DNA of 64,000 nucleotides. Origin: Hydrolagus colliei (Eukaryota). Every line of letters starts with the position of its first letter. The stretch's first letter is position 1. Under the pieces are notes generated by a model. That model did no database searches and was not told the DNA's origin. It saw nothing but the letters and a program-made list of their open reading frames with translations. The DNA is taken from contig CM068742.1 in the NCBI GenBank assembly GCA_035084275.1, positions 72,602,001 through 72,666,000 on the forward strand. Direction: 5' to 3'. Below are positions 1 to 12,000 of this stretch, in pieces. The translations under genes were made by a program, and so were the position numbers.

Positions 1-800
1 GGAGGAGAGGTGATCATGGAGCAGCTGGACAGCTGCTTCAGGATCGCTGTGGGTGGAAGACCAGAGGGGTAGGAGGTCAGAGGATGGGAGGGCATCTGTG
101 AGGGTCTCAGGGGGGAGACTTTTCCATGGGCGGAAAAGTATGGTTGAGGGCTTGGTGGAGGGGAGAGGGATGGAAGAGGAGAAGGAGACAAGAAGGTGGT
201 CCAAGATGGCCTTGTCCAAGATGCTGAGGTCGGAAATGTCAAGACCATGGGTGATAATGAAGTCGAGGGTGTGTCCACGGTTGTGGGTCGGAGAGTCAAT
301 GTGGAGGGTGAGGTTTATGGAGGAGAGGAGGGCAGTGAAATCGGAAGAGGTAGTGCAGGAGGAGTTTAGGTGGAGTTTGAAGTCGCCCATGATGAGCAGG
401 CGTTCAGAGCTGAAGGACAGGGAGGAGAGGAGAGTGGAGATATCGGAGATGAAAGAGCCAGGGGGTTTAGGAGGATGATAAAGAACAAGGATTTTTAAGG
501 AAAGAGAAGGATGGCAGAGCGTGAGGTGCTCGAAGGGGAAACAGCCAGAGGAGTAGGGGGAGAGACCAAGGGAGGCATTTGAGATGATGGCCACCCCACC
601 ACCATGTTGGTTGGGGCGGGGGGTGTGGTGGAAGGTGTAGCCTGGAGGGGAGGCCTCGACTGGAGGAACGGGGTCATTTGGGGAGAGCCAGGTTTCCGTA
701 AGCCTAAGAATATCAATGTTCTCATCCAGGATGAGATCATAGATAGTGAGGGCTTTATTGGAAAGGGAGCGGACGCTCTGGAGAGCAGCTCTCATGGATC
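1..800 (-). mobile_element. LINE (L2-clade) ORF2 AP-endonuclease fragment, degraded, runs off window
   Basis: Minus-strand translation gives SVRSLSNKALTIYDLILDENIDILRLTETWL ... LLIMGDFKLH ... PTHNRGHTLDFIITHG ... ILDHLLV (APE motifs) with frameshifts/stops. Confidence 0.85.
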
Positions 801-1016
801 CCACAACAGTAGCCTTCAAGCTTCTGATATTGAAAGGATAGCATTTCTGGCTAAATTCAATTGTTGGATATATGAGGTTTAACAATACAATATATTCCAA
901 TAGGTTTGACTTTTATCCTCTGTGAGGCATTCACTGCAGCTTTATGCACATCTGTAAGGTATAAAGGAAGAGGACATGCCAAGCTTTGGTTGATGCAGCG
1001 CCATACGAGCACCGCG

Positions 1017-1025
1017 CACACACAC

Positions 1026-1059
<34 letters not shown>
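1017..1059. repeat. (CA)n microsatellite
   Basis: Direct reading, one interruption. Confidence 0.95.
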
Positions 1060-1062
<3 letters not shown>

Positions 1063-1520
1063 TAACTTTTGCCTTGCCAGTTTGAATGCTACACTATGTC
1101 ACCGCTCCCCACCAGACTTGTAACAATATGTAGGTTGCTGAGACTCATAATTCCATCTATTCTTATTTTGGAAGAATATTTTTCTTAAAAATTGAACATT
1201 GCAAAACATTATCAAATTCAGCCTTAAATTTGGAAAACATTACAAAAAAACGACAGGAAAATAGCTTCCAAATTAAGGTGAATTTACAAATTATTCATTT
1301 TTCTACTCAATCTAAAATTTTTACAACAACAACAAATTACATTATAATTTTATGAAGTTAAAAGTTAAATTTCAGGTCTCCAAGATGTCAGTAAGCACAC
1401 GGTTAGGTTTATACCTTGAATTTCATGCTCTCAGTAGATATACATCTTTATCCAGTGAGACTGGCCATTGTGAACAGTGGACAGCAACTGCTGACTGCTC
1501 AGCACATTTTCTAAGGCATC

Positions 1521-1781
1521 TAATAATAGTAATCCTTGCAATTGATATAGCACGTTTTAAGTCTTCTAGACGTCTCCAAGCGCTTCACAGAATATACTAC
1601 AAAGTCAAGTGATAGTACTGAGCATAGCATGGATTGGGTGACAAAATTATTCCTATTTTTTCTTGAGAGATTATTATCAGCTTTGTGAAGTAATGAAACT
1701 TGCCCAAGATTTTGCCATGGCAGGAATCAAACTCACGTCTCTCGAATGCGAGGCAAGTGCTCTAACCACTGTGCTGCAGAA
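1521..1781 (-). mobile_element. tRNA-derived SINE, degraded/rearranged
   Basis: (TAA)n tail, ccttgca...aagcgcttcacag tail and gctctaaccactg head match the 10515 copy. Confidence 0.7.
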
Positions 1782-2842
1782 ACCTATCTAAAACTATCAA
1801 TCAGTTTCTGATTTATATGAATATTGTAAGGTAACAGAAAATCTTATGGATCATTATACAAAATACTATATCAAATGCAAGTATTATTATTATTACCACC
1901 AGGAGGTCCTCAAGCGTGATCCTAAGCACCTGGGACCAACCTGGATCTACCCCCCAAGTGGCAGGACTCAGGTGGGGGCATCGTGAGCCCTTGGCCTTGA
2001 GGCCTCCCGTGGTCGGAAGAACCGGGAATCAGGAAAATGGAGATCTACTCCCGAGCGGTGGCCTAAACAGCCTGAAGCACAGCTGGGACTCGCCGCCTCG
2101 TGTGAGTCTTTCCCCTTACTCCTCTGGAACCTTCCCTTCCTTTGAACACCTTACTCTCTACCAACCCACTGTCTCTCCCTCAAAATCCTCCCTGTCTGTC
2201 GTCCCCCCAAGCCCACCCCCACCTTCCACTCGGACATCTCCAACCTCCTGTCTTACTGACCTGCCGGGAACCCTGACCTGCCGGGAATTTAACCCAGGTC
2301 CTCTCGCTCTAACCACCGAACTACAGGACTCCACGCCCCCACAAACAGGGGACACAGCAGGCCCCCACAAAAGGAGAGCAAAGCAAAGTTCCAGAGCCTC
2401 AGGGCATAGAGGCTGAAATGAAAGCACTACTGCCGATGGTGGAGCAGATGGGACAAGGAACATATAGGAGGCTGGAGCCAGTTGAGTACAGGAGGTGGAG
2501 GGTGGAGTGAAGAGTGGGGCTTACGCAAATCGAAGAGGTAGGAAGGTGCGTGGACTGATTTATGAGAATCTTGAAACTGATATGTTCTGCTGAACATTTT
2601 TCAATAGAGGTTGTCCCTTTTCATGGATTACTGAATATTTGGAAACAATACAGATACCAATTCAATTACAGTCAAAGGATTTTGCAAATTGAAAAGTATC
2701 CTGCCTATCAATAGATGAATCAGATCATTGCAAATTACATCCAGTCAAACAGCATCAGACAAAACAACAAATTGCAAAATGTTTAGTTTGAGAAGAAAAG
2801 TAGAACACAGTATTAGGCTGTTCTGCATTACATTACACTTAC

Positions 2843-3023
2843 CAAGGCGAAGACATTGCCTTAATATTCCTCCGGAAGACATGTTCTTTTCAACCTCAAT
2901 TTCAGTAAAGCTGAGGGAACTGGCAAAAATCAAAACATCAACAAGGCCTATTAACCTCTGAAGAAAGGTTACTGATGATTCGAATGATAAACCTTGAGTT
3001 GGTTCAATGTTCTCCAATTCATG
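2843..3023 (-). CDS. LRBA: LRBA exon ~26 (181 bp)
   Basis: cacag|CAT...G|gtaagt; [60 protein letters not shown]. Confidence 0.95.
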
Positions 3024-6000
3024 CTGTGAAAGACACATTTTGTTTTGTTTTAAAATCAGTACAAATGCTAAATAATAAATTAATCAGTTTATATGTACAG
3101 TAGCATATTAATTGTATGAATAGAAGTACTCTCCACATGAACCGTTACAATTTTTACAGGGGACCATTCCCTTTGTGATGTTTGAAGACATTTGTGAAAG
3201 TTAATTTAATTCCTCCCATCCCTTCATTCACATAATAATAATCAAACCAATTTTGATGAACGGAAACAAGCCTATCAGATCAATACCAAAAGAGTTAAAG
3301 GGGAACTTTCAAGTTGGGATTATTAGAATTCAGAAATACTTTCCTAAGACATTATTGAGCCCATATCATTTAAAAGGAATTGGATAAACATTTGAAAAGG
3401 AATATAACAGTGTTTGGGAAAAGAGCACTGAGCTAGAATTAGAGTGTGAACTCCGGGATAGACAAAATGAGTCAAATAACTTATTTCTATGCTGTCATTT
3501 TCTCAATTCTGTACATTTCTGGGTATTCAGCACACTACATACACTTATAGGAGTGATCAACTAGAATAACTGTATTTGAAATTACAGCAGCTGAAATGGA
3601 CATACCAAAATGCAAACCATTTATGTACATGATAGTTATTACAAATTCATAGCTATACGTTTTCCCAGGAATTAGTCTGCGAGACACTCAATGGGTTACT
3701 AAAAATAAATAACTGTATTTCTGTTGAGGGAAACAACCAAGGCAGATTTGAACAATTAAAATAGGAGACTACAAAAACTCAGAAACTGCCTGGGGCAGCA
3801 CAAGGGAAGGAAGAACAAAGTATACAAGCTTTGAAAGCCTATTTTCATGTTCCATGAAGGAAGAAACAAAGCTTGAAGTGAATTTAAATGTAATATTCCC
3901 TTCACAAAATGGGGAGAAAAAAACAGAAGATGATGTCGTGAACTAGAAAAGAAAAACATGGAAGACTACAAATTGCTGCCTGATGAACTCATATGGAACT
4001 TCATTTCATTGTGAACAATATAAAATGTTCAAACACTTCATTCAACCTGCTGACATTTCAAGCCAAAGGCCAACAGTCTTCAGTGACCCACCAGTGGACA
4101 AGGTTCTGCCACATAATATCACAAGTTATACTCAATGAAGTGTCTCACATAGAAAAATTAGGACCATTAAACTCACAGGGCACTCAAATCAATACATTGA
4201 TAAATCAAACCCTGTGAAAGGAGGTCCTGCCCTTTCAAGTTTAAGAATTTATGGGCTAAAAAGCACAGCATCCTCAGGAGCTCACAATCTGAGCCTATCC
4301 TTTTAAGGAAAAGGCAGTGTTACAACCTTATTCTAAGTAAAGGCCAATATGTTTGATCAAAAGATTGCTCTGCCTGTAGAAATTGGATACAATGCCTGTT
4401 TTCTGATAGGTAAATACTATAGAAGGACTGCTATGTGGGGCGGGGAGGGGGCAATCTCATCAACACAAGAAGCACAAGGTAAACAGGCCCTTTGTCTGAT
4501 AGGAATATAAAACATGAGAAACAAATTTGCCCTTGTGAGCATTGTATTTTTCTCTAACCACTCTCAGGTTTGTCCTATTCAATGGATACAGTCTCTCAAC
4601 ATCACACCATATTTTAGATGAGATCTTCTCTCCCTAGTCATTTTTCACTACATACAATTATACACGAATAGTCTAGTTGGAGAAAGCGGAGAATTGCAAA
4701 TTTACTTAATTAACATTAAAATCTTATACTAAAGCTCTTTTAAAATACATAATTTTTGTACAGCTAGAAATATTGCTTAAAAATCGATTTACTTATTTGT
4801 AAGACTTTGCAACCCATTGCAATCCACAATTTTACCCTTCCATCAACACATGCCCACTTTCCAGAACAATGCAGTAATGTTGATCACAACCTGGACAGAT
4901 TATCCCTAATGAAGTCATTTTTTTTCCTCCTTTACTCTCACTTGCAAAATCATACAGTTGTCTATCAAAACAAAATGTATATCTGTAACCGTAAGCCAAT
5001 TCTGTAACCTTATGAAGACCTGTATATATCAGAAATTAAAAAAAACTAATCTCATACAAAGATGTCTGAATAAATAAAATATCTAAGCATATCCCTTAAC
5101 CATTCATTATTTCCTTAAGATACGCACGATTAATCTGTGTCATTTAATCAAAAATAATGCATCTCCAATCTGAAACTTAAGTTGTGTTGCTTATTTGACC
5201 ATGTTACACTATTGAAAGCAAGTCATTTTATCTACAAGACTTGCAGATGCAAATGTGAAACTGTCTGGTTTTTGATACTCTTTAAGATTAGTGATGAGTT
5301 TCCGTGTGTATCAGATACCAAGTACAATCTGACAAAAAAAACTCTGATAAAAAAAAATCTAACGTGATTCTGTAAAGACTGAAGCCTTATTGACTAAACA
5401 TTTTAGTACAGTAATTAAGTCCTACTATAGGTATAAATGCTAAAATACAAAAAACTAATGGAGTTCTTTTCATTTACATAATTTGGAGAGTGATCAGAAA
5501 AAACAGTATGTGGGTCATTCGGAACATTGCACTAGTTAGGATTTTATGAACATATTAGGTCATAAAAGTAGTAAATTATGACAATTAATATAACTACAAA
5601 TTTCACTCGCTTCATGTTACACAAAAGCTGTAACACAATTAAATTGAATACTAATGGATAAATGGAGGTAATTTCGAGGCTCTAGACTAATACAAGGGTG
5701 CAAAATTATTCATATGTCAAAACAGCAAAAATTATCAGAACTATGACATTACATGAAACTGCCTTATAATTACTCCAGAGAATCATTAGATATGATTAAT
5801 TGTAACAAGCAGTTTTCATTCACTTTGGGCAGATTTTGTGCCATCAGCGTCCTCTCATTGACATGAAATGCTCAGAATTTAGGATTAATGACCTAAATTA
5901 ATGATCATTAATGCAAAATTTATGAGGAAAAGTGGGTTGATACTTGGGAAGTTCTACGACTGGGAAACGTATGAATTATTACAGAAAGAATACAGTTTCA

Positions 6001-9000
6001 ATTTCCCTAGGGATTCAAATGAGACAACCGAAGCAAAGGGCATGGTCACTTAGTATGGATTCATCCCAATCATGTGAAGCATCAAAACAAACTAGTTTCA
6101 TGTGCCTCTGACACAATTAGTTTAGCAACATGTGAATATAGATCTACGCAAGTAATTCCCCAGACTATCTTTCAAATGTAACACTGATTTGATAGGGATG
6201 TCAATTGTAACAGCACTTGCATCAACAAGTGTGAAGCAATGAGGGAGCTTATTCCAAGGTATGCATTACCTCCAAAAAATTAAAATTTATATATAATTGC
6301 ACTTTAAAATGTCAGAAATTACAAATTTGTAAATGTTTTGATTAGATTATCTATTTGGAGAAAATGGTACTTGTGCACGTGCAGTCAGATTAGTACGAAA
6401 TTATTTCAGAATCCGCTCCAAAAAATTGCTTTAAAATTGCACAGTGAATGGAATACATGTTTAATATATTTATTCAATGAGACTTAAAAGTGTCATGTCA
6501 CTTTTTTTAATATATGGAATTAAACCTTCACTTTTCTTGGTCTGGTTATATATTAAGCTACTGACCTAAGCAAGGTCAGATATGAATGATTTTGAAAAAG
6601 TAACCATTCTTAATTACTAATCTCAGTTGGATCAGTCATATTTGACCTTGCTTGGGTCAGCCACTCACTGCAAATATAAAACAGGGGAGTTCCATTCTTC
6701 AACTTAATGGGCATGAGCAAAATTCATTTTTCAGAAAAGTGTTTCACCCATTCTTTCATACTCACAGTCGTAGATGTAGCTGCAGACAGAAGTGGGAGGA
6801 TCCCACCACAGGCCATTATGATATTATCTACCACCTGAGAGATGAGGTGAATAGTATTATGGACAAAGATGATGTTTTCGCTGCTGTTCACAAAATCCAT
6901 CACTGTCTTTGTGTTGTGGCTGCTCAAGGAAGCAAAACATATTCAAGCAATATATTTAAAAATCAATTCACACATCTCGATACATATACAGCAGACAATT
7001 TATAAAACTGAAATATAATAATATGCATGTGAAAATGTTTTAACTGCACTTCAAACTAAAAATTGGAAGTGCTAGTAAAGCTCTATGGAATAAAATAAGG
7101 TACAAACTGTCAAGACAATGAGGTACAGTAGGAACACACATATAACACTCACCTTCTCCACATCTGTACATCAGTCTCGATGGAGAACAACAAGTCATTG
7201 AGCAAACGCTGATGCATGTGGGACCATTTAAATTCAGGAATCCGAAATATAGCAGAGCGTGCTGAAGGATTAGATCCTCTTCTTTGTCCATCAGACAGAG
7301 TGCCTTGCTGAGTGCTAGACTCCAACTGTGATACCTGTGCAGAGAACCAAGGTGAACACATTCAAGTGAGAGCATGCTGCAACATCCACCATTGAAGGTT
7401 TGGTTTCAAAAATAAATCAAGCTACATGGCTAAGAAATCTCCGGAAATATTGTTATGTATCAATTCCGAAAATAGAAAATAACGGAATCAGAATTCTGTG
7501 GAATGCTATTAAGCACTGTACTGCAAAATGAGCCTTCTCAGTTTATCACCACCCATACTTTCTTTTGTCAAGCCAGCTTTCAAAGCAGTTATCTTACTTA
7601 GTACAGTAAAAGCCTGGTTATCCGTGATCCAATCAACCGTAACTTTCATATTAAAGGCACCTCAAAAAAAAAGGTCCCCATTCGATTAACCGGATGTTAT
7701 CCGGCACAATCGCTGTGGCGCATTTAATGAGTCGATTGTTGCACAAGAGTACAGTACGATTATTTCTGAATGCTGCGGGAGTGTCACTTACGGTCTTTCT
7801 TCTTAAACGGGCACTCTCCTTTTTTTCTCTCTCCCTCTTTTTCTTGCTCTCTCTCCTTCCTTCCTCTCTATCTCTCCATCTCTCTTTCTATCTCTTCCCC
7901 TTTCTTTCTTTCCCTCTCTCTTTGATGGATACTACATATCGCCTGTGAGCCTGACGGTATCATGGGTTTATACACTGTTTTGATGGGGGTGGGGTGGGAG
8001 ATGGAGAGAGAGGCAGGGAGAAACAGAGGGTGGGGGCGGGGGGAGGGGGAGGGGGGAAGAGGGAAAGAGTGGGGGGAGAAAGAGAGAGGAGTGGGAGGGG
8101 GAGAGAGAGGTGGGGGAGAGGAAGGGAGAGAGAGGGGGGTAGTTGATTAATTTAGATGGAAAATGAGAGGATTGAAGGGGAGTTGGGTTTGGAGCCATTG
8201 AAATGCCAGACTGACTGATTTTGTGTGTGAAAGAGAGAGAGGGGGAAGGAGGGAGAGAAAGAAAGGAAAAAACGAGAGTACCCCTTTAAGAGAAAAAAAA
8301 ACTGTTCCGTCCACCATTGTAGAAGTTTGCTTTGTGATTGTGTGCTGTGTTTATCGACTGTAAACAATATTTATTGCTTTATTGGTAAGTATCCATACAA
8401 TATTCTGTTATTATTTAGTCTATTATGAATATGGTATGTTGAATTTTTTTTTAATTTTAAAGTAAATTTCATTTGTATTGGGTTTTCGGCAGCTGGCCAC
8501 CCGAATATCCGGCACAGGGTTTAACCAGCATTGGCCAGGTCCCGAGGGTGCTGGATAAACGGGCTTTTATTTCTCAAAGATGTGATAAAGCACTATATCA
8601 AATGGAAGGATTATTATTATTGTATTAAACAATGTTAACAAAACAATTTCCGTATCGTTCCATTTTCATACTGAACAAACAAATCCTTCAAATGTTATTT
8701 AAATGCTTAATTTATATGTTGCATTTTTTTCTTTAGACAAGAGTTCTAACATTGTTCTATTTTTCTTCCCCTGCCCACTTTTGGCAAATAAAGTTAAATA
8801 AAATAATTTTGAATAGTTATAGTGATTTTGCTTTAATGTTTGATTACAGTAAATTATGTTACCTGAATGGGAGATTTCAACACATGTGAAGATTCTTGAC
8901 TTATACTTGCTCGAAGTTCTAGCTTCTCAGTATCTGATGCAACACTGGACACATCTAGTCTAGCAATCTCTTTAGCAGAAGAGACTTTCAATTCTTTTGT

Positions 9001-12000
9001 TTTCGTGGCCCTCATTTCAATATCTTTGTCCACAACTGAACTGCCACGAGTGCTGGAATCACTGGCATGGTTATCCACCTGTTTTAAGAATTCAGTACTT
9101 GTTTCTGACTGTGACTTTAATTCCTCTTTCGTCACTTTGGGTACCACTTCCTCCTCTGGTACAGAAGGAGAATGATTTGAGATTGCTTCTGAACAGCTCT
9201 CGTTTTTGGATTCAGAAGCCAAGATGCTGCCTTCTATAGTCTCAGAAATGGCTTCCGGTTCTGTAGTGATATTCTCAATGCTACCATTTCGACTGCCTTC
9301 ATGCTGTCCATTAGCTGAGAGTTCCTTCTCAATCACCTTTGGATCTCCTGGTCCAAACACAACATTACTTTCTTGTTTCTCTGCAGCATTTTCTACCGTC
9401 AATTCAGAGGTAACTGATACAATCTCCTTCTGGGAAGTCTTTCCTGAATCAGCAATTTCTCCAGATAAAACCATAGTTGGCCTCTCCAAACATACTTCAC
9501 TTGCTTTGACTTCCTCCACTTTGGAAATATCCTGAAACTCTAATAATTGGTCTGATTTCTGACTTTCCTCAGCTTTCTTTTGTATTTCAGCCTCATTAGA
9601 TGGTATAACATCTGCCTTGATTTCACTTTCCTCTTCCAAAATTTTCTGTTCTTCTGTGGAATCTGTACTGATCTGATGGTTAGCTTCACTTTGTTGTTCG
9701 GACCCCATTCCCTTGTTCTCTTCTATCGGTTTGTCTTCCACCAAATTTTCAGCACAAGATATTTGCTGAACCTCAGAAACCTCTTTACCAGCCATGGCTC
9801 CCTGTGCATTGCTGACGCCCGCAATCGTTCTCACATTGGAAATGTATCCTGCATGCTCATCTTGTCTTTGGTATTCTTCAAACATTCTGGCCAAGCTCTC
9901 TTTGTGCATTTCATAAGTAACCTGAAAATGTTAACAAAATTAGAAAAACAAAATGGTCCCAAAAAATAGAAAACCACAGCTGATCTTTGAGGTCTATCAA
10001 TCAATCAAAAATATTTTGTGTACAATGCTAGATAAATTAAATCAGTGCCTAGCAAGCTGCTATCTGTATCTTTGAATGGGGAGGTGGGGGAGAGGAGGAA
10101 AGATAGGTTTAATGATCATTTTAGTCGTAATTAAACATACAAGTGTTTCAAAGTAATTACCAGACATAATCAAATCAGTACATGTAACAAGTCTTTATTT
10201 CAAAATATAAAGCTAACATTGTTAATTATGCAGAGTAGCAGACAATTGTTGAGAGTCTCAAGGCTAAAATAATTGTTCAAAGGGCCTGGCAGTTGTGTGC
10301 TTTGTTTTTTAAAAAAAGAAGTGCAGTCCTGCACTTAGTAGATCTAACTAAAACTTCCTCCCAAAAGAAAAATTTCCAGGATTATAAAACATTTCAAGCC
10401 ATATTCCCCCAACCTCAAAAAAACTTCCAGTGATATAGTCTCTTTGCTTCCTCAATTATGATGAGGAATTATACATTCCTATAATATATATATCAATTAT
10501 ATATTCCCCAATTTGTGGAGTCCTGCAGCTCAGTGGTTAGAGCACTTGGCTTACAAGCAAGAGACCTGGGTTCGATTCTCGGCAGGTCAGGGCGATTCTT
10601 GGGCAAGTTACCTTACTCCACATGCCTAATAATAATCCCTCCAAAAAACAACAATAATAAATGGTCATTTCAATCCATGACTCTTTGAGTGATACTGCTG
10701 TGCGCAATTGGCTACCACGTTTTGCCCACATATATACAGTTAATTCACTTTATGGTATATTCTGTGAAGTGCTTTGAGACATCTAGAAGACATGAAAAGC
10801 GCTATATCAAATGCAAGGATTATTATTATTATTAGAAAAAGTTATGAAAATAAAGCATATAAAATGAGATAACACATGGAAGTTTTACACAACATAAAAT
10901 ATGTTTTTAAAAAACGATGAAAAAGGTAATATTTTAAAATTGCCTGGTTTATTTGGAGAAATCATGTGTTATCCAGTTTAGTACTGTATATAATTTAGAA
11001 TATTTATATCCTTTTTACACTATTGGTTTCAGCAAGACAAATTGTGTGCATGCAAAGCCAGCTTTTTTAGCTTTTTCCCCCTTTCCCACCCACCCCCATT
11101 GGAAACAAAAATAACCAGACAATACAGAACAGATGGAAAATGCTGCAAGACTGCAGCCATCCCAACATGAATCTACCCATGATGGGATAAGTAGGTGTGA
11201 GTCACTATTTATACTGAGAAACAAATGTCAAATTTTGGGTCAGGTCCAAAAAACAAATAGATTAGTCATTTCAATGTTACTTTTATGTTTTCCTCTTTTC
11301 TTTCTTTGAATAATACATGAGCTATTTTGTCAAAACATTCCAGGTCAGAAATATACTTTCATCATTCACAACTGCAAAACAAATCAGTATTTTTGTTACC
11401 CTTTCATTGAAGGATTTATGCTAGCATTATGTTAGATTTGAAAACAGACATGATTATTTTAATAAAACTTGAAAACATCTATAGACCAATTGGTCATCCA
11501 TTGACTATCTTTCCATTAGTACCATTAAACCAAAGAAACTGTAAACAGTCATTATGATTAAAAGGCATAATGCAACACCCTTAGAACCTAGTTTTTTTCC
11601 CCATGATCACGAAATTGTAATGGGGGGGAAATTAAAAGAAATGTACTGTACATACACAAGGCTGAAGGACACAAAATCAGTCCATGGAAGGAAAATCTTA
11701 ACTAGTTTGCATTGCTTTCTTTTTTCCTGGGGGCTTAACAGTAAAAGCAGATAATTTGCAATTAATTAGCAGATATTGTTCTAAATTAGCCAGCTACAAG
11801 GGTAGTCATTAATCTTCCCAATCACTTGATTGCTAATCCATAGCTGTTTGTGCAGTGGAGACTGCTATTGAAAGTAACATTCCAACACTCAGAATCTTCT
11901 GGGGCTCCATTACTCCCAACATAATTTGACATTAAACATTTACTAATTAACAGAAAATTACGCAAGTGTTTTTAATTAGATTTTTTAAAAAATAACATGT

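Noticed and set aside
1440-1500. Possible LRBA exon ~27
   Set aside because: Minus-strand translation after cagcag gives VAVHCSQW, not the expected VCxVAVRNCLEC-like peptide
10515-10590. tRNA gene
   Set aside because: tRNA-like head continues into SINE body and tail, with no terminator or proper acceptor stem; several diverged copies
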